A stretch of DNA of 64,000 bases from assembly GCA_964016885.1 (NCBI GenBank), contig OZ024747.1:50840001-50904000 (forward strand). Direction: 5' to 3'. The translations under genes and the position numbers were made by a program. Positions within the stretch are counted from its first letter, which is position 1. Each line of letters begins with the position of its first letter. This DNA is from Eledone cirrhosa. Lineage: Eukaryota. Below, piece after piece: positions 40,818-54,992 of this stretch. The notes beneath the pieces are model-generated. The model saw nothing but the letters and a program-made list of their open reading frames with translations, searched no databases and was not told the origin of the DNA.

Positions 40818-41291
40818 TATATGTGAGAAAGAGAATGTGGGTGATTGTGTGTATGAGACTGCGTGTACAAGAGAGTGTATGTGAAGGATGGATTATGCGA
40901 GTGTGTGTGTGTTTGAGAGAGAGAGAGAGTGTGTGTGTGTGTGTGTGTGTGTGTGGAGGAGAGATTGATATATATCATAAAGACAATTACACACACAAAC
41001 AAAAACACATATATGTAGTATATAGTGGAACTAATAGACAGTCACACATTTCTCTACATTCAGACGAAATAAATTAAACCAGATTTAAACATTTCGAAAT
41101 AAATGTGTAAATATGATGGAACAGCTGTTGGTGAAAATTGTCGACATGAATGTGATAACGTCGTGTGTATGTTATATATAGGCTAACAGCTGTCTTACTA
41201 TATCTACTTGTATACCTTCGTATATGTAGTTTAACATATATATATATTCTTCTATATACATATGTATGTATGCTTGTATGTAGGTACATAA

Positions 41292-41364
<73 letters not shown>

Positions 41365-41389
41365 CATATTTATCTACCTACATACAAGC

Positions 41390-41423
<34 letters not shown>

Positions 41424-41459
41424 ATATATATATATATGTGTGTGTATGTATGTATGTAT

Positions 41460-41524
<65 letters not shown>

Positions 41525-41547
41525 CATATTTATCTACCTACATACAA

Positions 41548-41617
<70 letters not shown>

Positions 41618-41639
41618 GTGTGTGTATGTATGTATGTAT

Positions 41640-41683
<44 letters not shown>

Positions 41684-41727
41684 GTGTGTATACATACATA
41701 CATACACACACATATATATATATATAT

Positions 41728-41776
<49 letters not shown>

Positions 41777-41935
41777 TATATATATATATGTACACATATA
41801 TATATAAATCCATATATATCTATATATATATATATATACACACACACACATATATATATATATATACACATATATACACATATATATATATATATCCATA
41901 TATATATATATCCACATACATACATACACACACAC

Positions 41936-41978
<43 letters not shown>

Positions 41979-42021
41979 TATATATATAGATACATATACA
42001 CATATATACACATATATATAT

Positions 42022-42060
<39 letters not shown>

Positions 42061-42369
42061 CACATATATACACATATATATATCCATATATATATATATA
42101 CATATGCAACTACGAACATTAATATTTATAAATTTCATGTGCTATATACGCAGTGACTGCTGGCGTATGTTACGCTTCGTAATCTCGCTTATCTAATTTA
42201 TTGCACCATGCTAGATAGGTTTTTTTCTTACAAAAATTTAGCGCAATTTAACAAGTGGGACATTTCTACAATATCGAGAAAATATTGCATCAACATTGAC
42301 TAAATGGTTCTTCCATAAAGTTTTATAATCACCAAAGACTGGGCCCTAATTTATATGTCCCTTACCGGA

Positions 42370-42545
42370 GGGTACGGGGGTTAGCAATATCGGTAAAGCG
42401 TCGGACACCATGCTTCGCGGCATAGTTATGTCCCTTTACGTTCAGAGTTCAAATCCCACAGAGATTAGCTTTGCCTTTCACCCTTAGCATGTAGATAAAA
42501 TAAAGTACCAGGAATGTACTGGGGGTCGATTTAATCGTCTTTCCC
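42370..42545 (+). mobile_element. tRNA-derived SINE, family 1
   Basis: GAGTTCAAATCCCACAGAGATTAGCTTTGCCTTTCACCC..GATAAAATAAAGTACCAG..ACTGGGGGTCGATTTAATCG. Confidence 0.75.
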
Positions 42546-42671
42546 CATCATATGTCCCCCTACTAACAGCATATAGCAACATTGCGGCAAAACTATTTCA
42601 CATTAACAACACCTACTCTATTTAACCTTATTACAAAAAAAAAAAAAAAAAAAAAAAAAAAGAAAAACAAA

Positions 42672-42870
42672 GGTTCCCATAACGTTCAAACACTGGTGTC
42701 CTTGGCCCTAGAACCACTTCTATAATCACCACCATCGGCACGGTGTTGGCTACCCACATATGTGAGCGTCGTGAACTGGAATGGCTCTTTCAACGCATCT
42801 CCCTCACCACTCTCCGGGAAACGCTTTCTCTATTTTGTCCGTCGGGGCCGCGGGGCGGCTAGCGCGTGGA
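42672..42870 (+). mobile_element. CRE-clade 3' fragment
   Basis: TGVLGPRTTSIITTIGTVLATHICERRELEWLFQRISLTTLR. Confidence 0.7.
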
Positions 42871-43124
42871 CACCCATTTGCATACAATAGTGAGAGATTT
42901 AGAAAGTGAGAGAGACGGAGGCAGTGAATGAAATGGAGAGAACATCAAGGCACACTCGACACGTGATAAGACACAAAGTACTTTACACCTTCAAACGATT
43001 CCTGGAATATTTCATCCAAAAAACACACACTAAAACCCTTACACCTGGATGCCATTCAGGAAATATTAACTCCCTATTTCAGTACGCAACGATGACCCCA
43101 AATAGCCTTAAATATTAATTTCTA

Positions 43125-43275
43125 ATTTAGGCATTTAGGCACTAAACCAGTGATTTCGGTAAAGGATCAAAGTTGATAAAATGAACCCCATTACGTGCCT
43201 GGTATTTTAATAAAATTGAGAAGAATGGAAGACAAAGTTGAGCCCGGCGGGCTTTAATCCCAGAATGTAAAAGCA
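43125..43275 (-). mobile_element. tRNA-derived SINE, family 1, degenerate
   Basis: Reverse complement contains CCCGCCGGGCTCAACTTTGTCTTCCATTC..AAAATACCAG. Confidence 0.55.
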
Positions 43276-43290
43276 AACATACATACATAC

Positions 43291-43910
43291 ATGATGACTG
43301 CCCCCTCGTTATCGAGTATGGCCATTGCACGATATAACATTATTAATAATTATCAATTAAGCTATCGTGCAATGCCTAAGATTTTTTTTTAAAGTGATGA
43401 AAGACTGTGCACTGAGCCAATCCCACTCTCTGAGCAACAGTAGCTATAACCCGAAAAGAAGAAAAGATCAACATCATCGGTAACTACTGAGCCGCAGGTT
43501 TTATATCGGAGTTATCCCAGTTTCCTGAGTTGCCTTCTCCTAGAAGAATGCCCTGACAAAGGCTAGGGGTCCTTCACTCCCAGTGGTTTAACCGCGCGAT
43601 CGGGTATCCAGCCCGATTATTTTTATGTCCCCGCGCTTATATCCACATATGTATACATAAATATACATATATACATATACACATATATATACATATGTAT
43701 ATACATATTTACACATTCTCGGATGGCCGTTGACTCTTATGAGTTCTTCCGCCCTTTGTCAGGTTTTGTTTTTTGTCTAGCAGTGTGTCCAAAATCACCC
43801 TCCTCACCAAGTAAACATTGTGGGGTTGCCGGTTTAGTCGCTGACGACCCGACCATGCAACAGGTTGTACTGGGTTACATGTTACCAATAGCACTCAAGA
43901 GTGACCCAAC
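43291..43910 (-). mobile_element. Structured non-autonomous retroelement, subfamily A, full length
   Basis: Reverse complement of the 13964-14587 type, with (CATA)n on both sides. Confidence 0.88.
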
Positions 43911-43951
43911 ATACATACATACATACATACATACATACATACATACATACA

Positions 43952-43980
<29 letters not shown>

Positions 43981-43983
<3 letters not shown>

Positions 43984-44127
43984 CCTGTGATCATAGAGAA
44001 ACAGGGATATGTTAGTAAGAGCCTGACTACAAATCTTCAGAAGCTGAGCTCCACAGAACCAGAAAGAACACGACTAGTTAGGAAATTAAAAGTACGAACC
44101 GTTAATGGAACAGTAAAAATAGGTAAA
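43981..44127 (+). mobile_element. R4/Dong-clade extreme C-terminal fragment
   Basis: [43 protein letters not shown] aligns with IPIFIGATGYIPTRLDQSMTELG..EKERSSLIHSL..IAGTFKICK of the 48-52 kb element. Confidence 0.6.
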
Positions 44128-44950
44128 CCATCATCATCATCACCACCACCATGGCCACCACCATCATCATCATCATCATCACCATTACCACCACCACCAT
44201 CACCACCATCATCATCATCACAATCATCATCATTATCATCTTCATGACCATTATCACCACCACCATCACCATCACCATCATGATCATCATCATTATCACC
44301 ATCGCCCCCACCACCACCACCACCATCATCATCACCATCATCACCATCATCATCACCACCACCACCACCACCATCATCATCATCATTATCACCATCATCA
44401 TTACAATCACCATCATTATCATCATCGTCATCACCATCAGCCTCATCATCCTCATCCCCACCCCCATCAACATCATTATCACCATCTTCATCACAATTAT
44501 CATCATCATCATCATCATCATTATCACCAACAGCCTCATCCTCATCATCGTCACCCCCATCAACATCATTATCACCAACGCCACCATCATCATCATCAGC
44601 ATCATCATCATCACCATATTCATGACCATCATCATGACCATCATCATTATCACCAACGCCACCATCATCACCATCAATATCATCATCACCATCTTCATGA
44701 CCATCATCATCACCATCATCATTATCACCATCATCATCACCATCATCATTATCACCAACGCCACCATCATCACCATCATCACCATCAACATCATCATCAC
44801 CATCTTCATGACCATCATCAACACCATCATCATTATCACCAACGCCACCATCATCAACATCACCATCATCATCATCATCATCATCATCACCATCATCATT
44901 ATCACCAACGCCGCCATGTTCATCCGTCATGACCCCCGTCATCATCACGT
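44128..44950. repeat. (CAT/CAC)n degenerate trinucleotide tract
   Basis: Seen directly; includes recurring CATTATCACCAACGCCACC sub-units. Confidence 0.95.
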
Positions 44951-45279
44951 TTAACAACGTTTTGACTTCATCTAACCCCAAACATCAACCCCCAGTAAAT
45001 ATGGTGGAGGGCTGGCTAACACTCTAATAAAAGCTGGCCCTTTCTTCAAGGGTCGACTAACTTTCCCTACCTTGAGCAGGTGTAGACTTCAATGATATTG
45101 TCTTCCCCATCATAACCAATTACCATCTATACAAGATGATTCCCCCTAATACACGTACACACCTATATATATAGGTATATATATATTTTTTTTTATCGAT
45201 CGACTTTCGTCAAATCGGACCGAGGAAACAATGTTTCCGTTGGTCTTTCCAGTTGCTAATACTATCTATCGGTCGCAAC

Positions 45280-45412
45280 TCCAGGTAGAAGGAGCAACGT
45301 GAAATAAAGTGTCTTGCCCAAGGACATAACGCATCGCCCGGTCCAGGAATCGAACTCACAACCTTAACATTGTGAATCCAATTCTCTAACCACTCAGCTA
45401 CACGCCTTCACA
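45280..45412 (-). mobile_element. CORE-like tRNA SINE, family 2
   Basis: Reverse complement: GGCGTGTAGCTGAGTGGTTAGAG..GTGAGTTCGATTCC..GTTATGTCCTTGGGCAAGACACTTTATTTCACGTTGCTCC. Confidence 0.78.
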
Positions 45413-45413
45413 T

Positions 45414-45459
<46 letters not shown>

Positions 45460-45607
45460 TTATATATATATATATATATATAAAGGTGTGTTTGTATGTC
45501 TGTGTGTGTGTGTGTGTGTATATATATGTACACACACTCACATATATATATATATATATATATACATATATATACACACACACACACACACAGACGTACA
45601 AACACAC

Positions 45608-45662
<55 letters not shown>

Positions 45663-45716
45663 AAGGTGTGTTTGTATGTCTCTGTGTGTGTGTGTGTATA
45701 AATATGTACACACACT

Positions 45717-45757
<41 letters not shown>

Positions 45758-46505
45758 ATATATATATATACGTTCATGCGTACATGCATGCATATATACG
45801 TACCTAAATACATTAATACATACATATACACATACAGTATATTCATACATACATACATATATACATGCATATATATACACATACATACATACATACATAC
45901 ATACATACATGCATTCATGCATATATACATACTTACATATATACATACATACATATATAGTTACATGCATAGACACATACATACATATATACTTACATAC
46001 ATACATACATACATACATACAAACATACATACATACAAACATACATACACATATATATATATATATATTTACATATGAATTAATCTAAATATTAATTAGA
46101 TCAACCCTGAAAATAAAAAAGAAGAATTGAGAATGTCAAGCACTAAAGACTTTATGGTCTGAGAGAAAGAAAAATAAAACAGGAAAAAATATATATATAT
46201 ATATATATACAGAGAGAGAGAGAGAGGTGGGGTGGGGTGGGGGAGATAAATAAATGAATAAATAGATAGATAGAGGGATATATACAGAGGAATTTTTCTG
46301 AAACGGATTTGTTTTCAAGTGTCCATATACATATACATACATATATACACATACATACATAGGTATATATATATATATATACATATATATAATATTATTT
46401 GTACTGCCTCTATGTCTTTTGTTCTCTGTTGATTTATTAAACTATATATATATATATACATATACATGCATGCATTCATACATACATACATTCATACATA
46501 CATAC

Positions 46506-47122
46506 ATGGTGTCTGCCAACTCGTTTTCGAGTACGGCCACTACTTTATATCCATGTAGGAGAACTCCTACCGATGCGCTGAACGAGTGTGACTTTTTAGT
46601 CCAGCCAGCGACTTGAAAACTCTGGTACAAATACTACACTTGTGACAATTATTGACACATAGTGTTGGGCCCATGGTACCATGTGACGACAAGTGCAGAG
46701 AGATCTCCAGATACAAAGCAATGCCTGTGCCGTGAAGCTTTTATAGTGAGCAAAGGCACTGCATAAAGCCAGTCCCACTCTCTTAACCAAGATGATATTT
46801 ACCAAAAAGAAGAACGAGTCAACAACATTGGATACGATCAGGGTTGCAGGTGTTATATCAGAGTTTTCCTTCTCCTAGAATTTTGCCTTGACAAAGGCTA
46901 AGGGGTCATCTTTCCCGGTGATTTTGGATGGCCATTGACTTTTAAGAGCTCCTTTGCCCTTTGACAGGTCTTGTTTTTATTCCTGCAGGATGTCCAAAGT
47001 CACCCCCCCCCCCCTCACCAAAGAAACCTTGGTGGGGTTGCCAGTTTAGTCGCCAACGACCCGACCATGGGACAGGTTGTACGGGAATACATGTTACCAG
47101 TAGCAGCAACTGGTGACCTGAC
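46506..47122 (-). mobile_element. Structured non-autonomous retroelement, subfamily B, full length
   Basis: Reverse complement of the 3568-4175 type, within (CATA)n. Confidence 0.88.
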
Positions 47123-47270
47123 ATACATACATACATACATACATGCATTCATACATACTTACATGCATTCATACATACATTCATACATACATTCATACAT
47201 ACATACATATATGCATACACACATAAATACATACATACACACATAGATACATACATACATACATTCATAC

Positions 47271-47474
47271 ATGGTGGCTGCCAACTCGTTTTCGAGTACG
47301 GCCCCTACTTTATATTCATGTAGGAGAACTCCTACCGATGCGCTGAACGAGTGTGCCTTTTTTCGTCCAGCCAGCGACTTGAAAACTCTGGTACAAACAC
47401 TACACTTGTGATAATTATTGACACATAGTGCTGGGCCCATGGTACCCTGTGACGACAAGTGCAGAGAGATCTCC
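47271..47474 (-). mobile_element. Subfamily B element, 3' 200 bp (5'-truncated)
   Basis: Matches 46506-46707; within (CATA)n. Confidence 0.85.
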
Positions 47475-48289
47475 ATTCATACATACATACATACATACAT
47501 ACATACATACACACATAAATACATACATACATACATAAATACATACACACCTAAATACATAAATACATAGTACATACACACATACACACATACATACATG
47601 CTTACGTACAATGGCGACCGTTGTGGTCAGTGTCCGATAATCGGACGTATGTAATTACGGCTTACATGAAGGCAACATACCATATATTGGAAAAAGTTGA
47701 GCTACATTACGCGGTAAGATTGCATACAATAATTCTACATAAGTGTTTGAACTGTAAGTGTGTTGTAAAACACCTATTTATATGAACGATACATACACTT
47801 ATGATATATGAACGATACATACACTTTAACATATAAATGCAACGTTGTTATATTACATTTGTAAAGAAATATGCAAGTAACGTTTTCGATTCAGAAACAA
47901 AAACATAAGTGTTTGAACTGTGAATATGTTGTGAATGGGTTGTAGAACACCTATTTATATGAATGATACATAACACCTATTTATATGAATGATAAATACA
48001 GCGTTGTTATATTATATTACATTCATAAAGAAATATACTAAGTAACGTTTTTTTTTTTTCTCGATTTTTTTTTTTCTCGATTCAAACGATTCAAGAACAA
48101 CGTTTAAAACACAGTTGTAGAATTAAAAACTCACTGAAAAGAAGTATTGCCCAAGCTGTGAATAACTTTAAATTTGATTCTGACAGAACTTTGTCGAAAC
48201 TTTTAAAAAGATCATCGACTATTTTGAAAAATAAATACAAAATATTAGTGAATAGACGAACTCATCAGGGCAAAACGCAACTACAACCG

Positions 48290-51200
48290 TTGTATACAGT
48301 GGAGCTACGAGCTTAACAAAGAATTATATGAAGCATACAAACAATCTGAACCCCAAAAGTTCGGTTTTATGCAAAGGCTAAAAACTTTATGGAACTCCAA
48401 ACAACCAGAATTAGACTTTTCTCCAAAGCATTTAAATGAACAGGCAAAACGTATCATTAGATGTAAATTGATACATCTAACGGAATTGAGTGATACTACA
48501 AATACAGTCCTTGTAGAAAACCACCCCACCTCCACTGACAGGCAAAGAGAATGGCCAGCTAAATCTAACAGTGAATAGCTCACCAACAATTTTGCTGAAA
48601 TCCATCCCACTTCCACTGAAGAACAGCGAGAATGGTCAGCTAACTCTAGTAGTAATTGTCACCACATCAACAACCAGGATGAAATTCATGACTCTACTGT
48701 ACAAACAGAACACCAAAAACCTATGGACACCTTACAAGCGATATGGGACGATATATTTCAAGAGATACACAACCTTAATGTGAGTGACAGACCATACAAC
48801 ACCAGAATCAGTAAAGAACCCACTAAATTGGAATGGGAAGCGGTGAACGAAATAGCTGACAATTATCTGAAGGCTATACGATCTAAAGGTGTACAAACGA
48901 CATTTGAAACGCTTAACATTTTGTTATATGTTTCAGCTGTCACATTGCTATCATATAACAAACATCTAAAACCACGCAATCAAGATACAAACAAAAAGCC
49001 TGAACCAGCGTGGATGCGAAATTAAAAAAGCAAAATGTTGTCCCTGCGACGAAGTATCTCACACATCGCAGTCGTTATGAAATGCAACATAGATAGCAAC
49101 TTCACACGACACCAGGAAGACCTAAAAAAAAGTTAGAGAGACGATTTGGAGATACAAAATTAAAAACTTTAAACTCCAAATTACACCAGTTGAAACAAGA
49201 ACTCACAGCTACAACAGAAAGACTAAAATATAAGTCAACAGCACATAAACGACAAGTGCTAAATAGATTGTTTGCCAGAGATCCTAAATCAGTTTATCGC
49301 AGCTTCGGTGGCAAAAGCTCAATCCCTGTAAATGACACCCCTTCAAAAGAACAGGTTGAGAGCTACTGGAGATCTGTATGGGAAACGGATGACGGATTCA
49401 ACAGACAAGCTAATTGGCTAAAAGAACTGGAACAGGACTACTGCCAACATGTCCAGACAAAACAATATGACATAGATGGGTCAATACTGGAAACAGCTCT
49501 ACAGAAAATGTCGAATAGGAAATCACCAGGCCCAGACCTCATTACAGGATACTGGTTGAAGAATTTCACTTTCTATCGGCAAGATCTCATACGGCTGTTT
49601 ACAGAAACCATTAAAGGCACACAAGAACTGCCCAGATGGTTATCAACTGCCACTACTCTCCTCATTCCCCAAAATAGCCAAACTACCCTTGCTAAAATTT
49701 ACCGCCGAAACATCATGTATAAATTATATACTGGGTGCCTTAACCTGTTCCTACAGGATCACTGTGCTACCAACAACATTATAACACCTGAGCAAGCTGG
49801 TGGAAAGAGGGAGGTGTGGGGTTGCATAGATCACCTACTAACTAATAAAATGATTCAAGAAAAAACAACAAAGAATCGCAGAAACATAACTGTGGTGTGG
49901 CTGGACTATCAAAAAGCATTTGATAGTGTATCTCATGGGTGGATTGTTAAGGCTTTACAGTTAGCCAAAGTCCCGCAACCACTGGTAGCTGCTGTTGAAC
50001 GTCTGACCAAGAACTGGTACACCAATTTGATCCTTAGAGGTGAGAAGGAGCAAGTTAAGACTAATAAGATACATTACCAGAAGGGCATCTTTCAGGGTGA
50101 TAGATTGTCAGTGCTACTCTTCGTTCTCTCACTAAATCCACTATCTTACCTACTCAGGAAACAAAGTGGAGAAAGAAGTGGCTCCAGAAGTTTCTCCCAT
50201 CTTTTCTTTGTTGATGACCTGAAGTTGTATGGGCCAAATATCAATGACATCAAGAAACAATTGGACCTCATTACACAGTTTTCAACAGACATCAAAATGA
50301 AATTTGGTGAGTCCAAGTGTGCATATTTGGCAGTAAAACGTGGAAGAGCTGTGCCCTTCTCTAGAAATCTAGAGATGAACGGCCTGACAATACAACCTCT
50401 ACAGTCAGGTGACAACTACAGATATCTTGGACAGGATGAGAATGTCAGATATGATGGACCCATAAATAAGGAGCGAACCAGAACTGAATACCTCAGAAGA
50501 GTAAAGAAAATATGGTCATCAGAACTGTCAGAGTACAACAAATACATTGCCCACAAAACTTATGTTGTGCCAATTCTAACGCCAACATTTGGCCTGCTGA
50601 ACTGGTCATTGCAAGAACTAAGTGAGATGGATGTTAGAACTCGCAAACTTCTCAGTGTTACTTGGAACTTTAACATCAATGGTGATGTGGATAGGCTATA
50701 CTTCTCACGCAAGGAAGGTGGCCGGGGTCTAAAATCCATATTAACATCATATGAGACCCGGATAGTAACACTGAAGCAACATCTTCAACAGACGAAAAAG
50801 ATTGGCAACCATCTTGCCCAGGTTTATGAGCATGAACAAAAAATATCATTAGAATAGCCACTGATCTGGAGGAGAGATATGGAATAAAGCCTGATATAAA
50901 TCTCTCACCCAGAGAAATCGGAAGATCCTATTCAATGTTCAAATAAGATGAAAAAATTGACCAATTTACAAAAAATGTTGTGCATAGATACTTGAGACGT
51001 AAAACACAGACAATAGAGGGGATAAACCACTCAAAAAGCATGGCATGGAGTTCCGACAAGTTTATGACATCACACCTTGAGGGATATCTCTATGCAATAC
51101 AGGAACAAGAACTCCCTACCAAATATCTGCTGCACAAAAGGGGAGGGCCATCAGCTAACAATAAATGTAGACTAAGTAAAACAAAGATCGAGGATGTAAG

Positions 51201-51817
51201 CCACATTGCCAGCTGCGAAAGAATGTCATCTCGCTACTACCTCCCCATGAGACACGATGGGATAGCTAGAACCATCTGGAACGCACTTCGGAAAACAAAA
51301 TTGACAACAAACGAGGAAGAATATATTGAGACAGATGGCACTAAGGAATACTGGTGGAACCTGAAAATAAAAACTGCCACCAAATTAAAGCACAACCGGC
51401 CTGATATTGTTGTTTGGGACCACACATTGAAAACGTGTTCTGTTGTGGAGATCAGCTGCCCACTTGATGTAAACGTTGTCAGAAAAATACAGGAGAAGGA
51501 GGACAGCTACGGACCATTGATGAGGAGTTTACAAATCCAGTATCCAAGATACACCTTTAGCTTCATACCCATCTTTATTGGAGCTACGGGTTATATACCA
51601 ACCCGCTTGGACCAAAGTATGACTGAACTTGGATTTGCGGAGAAAGAGCGCAGCTCCCTAATTCATAGTCTACAAATGGCTGCGATAGCTGGCACCTTCA
51701 AAATTTGCAAAACATTCTTACGATTCAAGGGATGACAATTTCTTTTCTTTTCTCAACCTTGCCACCAGGAAGGTGGCCGGTCAAAAAAATATACTCGAAA
51801 TTAAGAGAAAGAGATAA
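48290..51817 (+). mobile_element. R4/Dong-clade non-LTR retrotransposon (RT, CCHC, REL endonuclease), disrupted
   Basis: N-terminal GFMQRLKTLW..LNEQAKRI. RT: KSPGPDLITGYWLK, EQAGG, WLDYQKAFDSVSH, GIFQGDRLS, HLFFVDDLKLY, YRYLG, RKEGGRGL. Degenerate CCHC CRLSKTKIEDVSHIASC, RHD, REL HNRPDIVVWD..VVEISCP. The 3' end abuts (CATA)n. Confidence 0.92.
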
Positions 51818-52408
51818 CATACATAAATACATATATACACACATAAATACATACATACACACATAAATACATACATATATACACACATAAATACATACAT
51901 TCATACATTCATACATACATACATACATACATACATACATACATACATACATACATTCATACATACATACATAACACATACACACATAAATACATACATA
52001 CATTCATACATACATGCATACACACATACATACATACACACATAAATACATACATACATACATACACACATAAATACATACATACATACACACACACATA
52101 CATACATACATACATACCTACATACATACATACATACATACATTTATTGTTAAACGTTTGTGTGATTGTAATACCAACTGGGGTAGGGACCCCCTTAATA
52201 TTATATGTAGTACTGAAGTAGATAGACTTTAAGGACCCTAATTAAAACAATGTCAGTCGTTGAAGTGGGTTCACGCTGTTATATCAGGGTCTGATGTACA
52301 ACAACAACGACAACAACAATAATGGCAACAATGAAAGTAACAACAATGGCAAGATGTTGAAGATGATGATGTTGATGATGATGATGATGAAGAAGAAGAA
52401 GAACAACA

Positions 52409-52463
<55 letters not shown>

Positions 52464-52498
52464 GTACTACTAATATTGCTGGTGCTGCTACAACAACA

Positions 52499-52590
<92 letters not shown>

Positions 52591-52594
<4 letters not shown>

Positions 52595-52860
52595 CCCATT
52601 CTCCCATTCTCCCATTCTCTCATTCTCTCATTCTCTCATTCTCCCATTCTCCCATTCTCCCATTCTCTCATTCTCCCATTCTCCCATTCTCCCATTCTCC
52701 CATTCTCTCATTCTCTCATTCTCCCATTCTCCCATTCTATCATTCTCCCATTCTCCCATTCTCCCATTCTCTCATTCTCCCATTCTCCCATTCTCTCATT
52801 CTCTCATTCTCACATTCTCCCATTCTATCATTCTCCCATTCTCCCATTCTCCCATTCTCC
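52591..52860. repeat. 8-bp satellite (ATTCTCCC/ATTCTCTC)n
   Basis: Seen directly; preceded by (CTA)n. Confidence 0.95.
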
Positions 52861-53029
52861 GTGCAGGATATTAAAAAGAAAGAGGACGGGGTTGTAAAGG
52901 AGTTCAGCTCCCTCTAGAAAGTAACCCTCTCCTCCACACACACACTCGCAGTGAGTATTGTACCTAGACAACAAATGAAATGTAATACCTATTGTTGTTG
53001 TCGTTGTTGTCATAGTTCTTGTAGTAGTA

Positions 53030-54790
53030 GAATGGGAGAATGAGAGAATGGGAGAATGAGAGAATGAAAGAATGGGAGAATGGGAGAATGGGAGAATGGG
53101 AGAATGGGAGAATGAGAGAATAGGAGAATGGGAGAATGGGAGAATGGGAGAATGGGAGAATGAGAGAATGGGAGAATGGGAGAATGGGAGAATGAGAGAA
53201 TGGGAGAATGGGAGAATGGGAGAATGGGAGAATGAGAGAATGGGAGAATGAGAGAATGAGAGAATGGGAGAATGGGAGAATGGGAGAATGGGAGAATGGG
53301 AGAATGGGAGAATGGGAGAATGGGAGAATGGAAGAATGGGAGAATGAGAGAATGAGAGAATAGGAGAATGGGAGAATGGGAGAATGGGAGAATGGGAGAA
53401 TGAGAGAATGGGAGAATGGGAGAATGGAAGAATGGGAGAATGAGAGAATGGGAGAATGGGAGAATGGGAGAATGGGAGAATGGGAGAATGGGAGAATGGG
53501 AGAATGAGAGAATTGGAGAATGGGAGAATGGGAGAATGGGAGAATGGGAGAATGGGAGAATGGGAGAATGAGAGAATGGGAGAATGGGAGAATGGGAGAA
53601 TGAGAGAATGGGAGAATGGGAGAATGGGAGAATGGGAGAATGAGAGAATGGGAGAATGAGAGAATGAGAGAATGAGAGAATGGGAGAATGGGAGAATGGG
53701 AGAATGGGAGAATGGGAGAATAGGAGAATGGGAGAATGGGAGAATGGGAGAATGAGAGAATGGGAGAATGGGAGAATGAGAGAATGGGAGAATGGGAGAA
53801 TGGGAGAATGGGAGAATGAGAGAATTGGAGAATGGGAGAATGGGAGAATGGGAGAATGGGAGAATGGGAGAATGAGAGAATGAGAGAATGGGAGAATGGG
53901 AGAATGGGAGAATGGGAGAATGGGAGAATGAGAGAATGAGAGAATAGGAGAATGGGAGAATGGGAGAATGAGAGAATGGGAGAATGGGAGAATGAGAGAA
54001 TGGGAGAATGGGAGAATGAGAGAATGGGAGAATGGGAGAATGGGAGAATGGGAGAATGAGAGAATAGGAGAATGGGAGAATGGGAGAATGGGAGAATGAG
54101 AGAATGGGAGAATGGGAGAATGGGAGAATGAGAGAATGGGAGAATGGGAGAATGGGAGAATGAGAGAATGGGAGAATGGGAGAATGGGAGAATGGGAGAA
54201 TGAGAGAATGGGAGAATGAGAGAATGAGAGAATGGGAGAATGAGAGAATGGGAGAATGGGAGAATGGGAGAATGAGAGAATAGGAGAATGGGAGAATGGG
54301 AGAATGGGAGAATGAGAGAATGGGAGAATGGGAGAATGAGAGAATGGGAGAATGGGAGAATGGGAGAATGGGAGAATGAGAGAATTGGAGAATGGGAGAA
54401 TGGGAGAATGGGAGAATGGGAGAATGGGAGAATGAGAGAATGGGAGAATGAGAGAATGAGAGAATGGGAGAATGGGAGAATGGGAGAATGGGAGAATGGG
54501 AGAATGAGAGAATGAGAGAATAGGAGAATGGGAGAATGGGAGAATGAGAGAATGGGAGAATGGGAGAATGAGAGAATGGGAGAATGGGAGAATGAGAGAA
54601 TGGGAGAATGGGAGAATGGGAGAATGGGAGAATAGGAGAATGGGAGAATGGGAGAATGGGAGAATGAGAGAATGAGAGAATGGGAGAATGGGAGAATGGG
54701 AGAATGGGAGAATGGGAGAATGGGAGAATAGGAGAATGGGATAATGGGAGAATGGGAGAATGAGAGAATGGGAGAATTGGAGAATGGGAG
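53030..54790. repeat. 8-bp satellite (GGGAGAAT/GAGAGAAT)n, about 220 units, inverted relative to the 52591 array
   Basis: Seen directly; source of the 701-aa and 619-aa FSHSPILP pseudo-ORFs. Confidence 0.97.
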
Positions 54791-54871
54791 TCGAATCTGT
54801 TACGGCGGGTGGGATGTCTTCGTAAATAATGTGTGTGGCGGTGGTGGAAACAGAAACACTTGTTTCCATAA

Positions 54872-54930
<59 letters not shown>

Positions 54931-54992
54931 CACTTCTTGTTCAATCTCTTTTGTCTCTGCCTTTTCTAATTTCTCTCCCGCTCATATATTTC

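Noticed and set aside
44037-44981. Asp/Gly-rich 314-aa ORF resembling an acidic biomineralisation protein
   Set aside because: (CAT/CAC)n low-complexity tract fused to an antisense R4 fragment and open in several frames.
45330-45412. tRNA gene
   Set aside because: A/B boxes are present, but there is no cloverleaf and it continues into a CORE-like SINE body.
52828-54933. 701-aa and 619-aa ORFs
   Set aside because: They are translations of an 8-bp satellite that is open in several frames.
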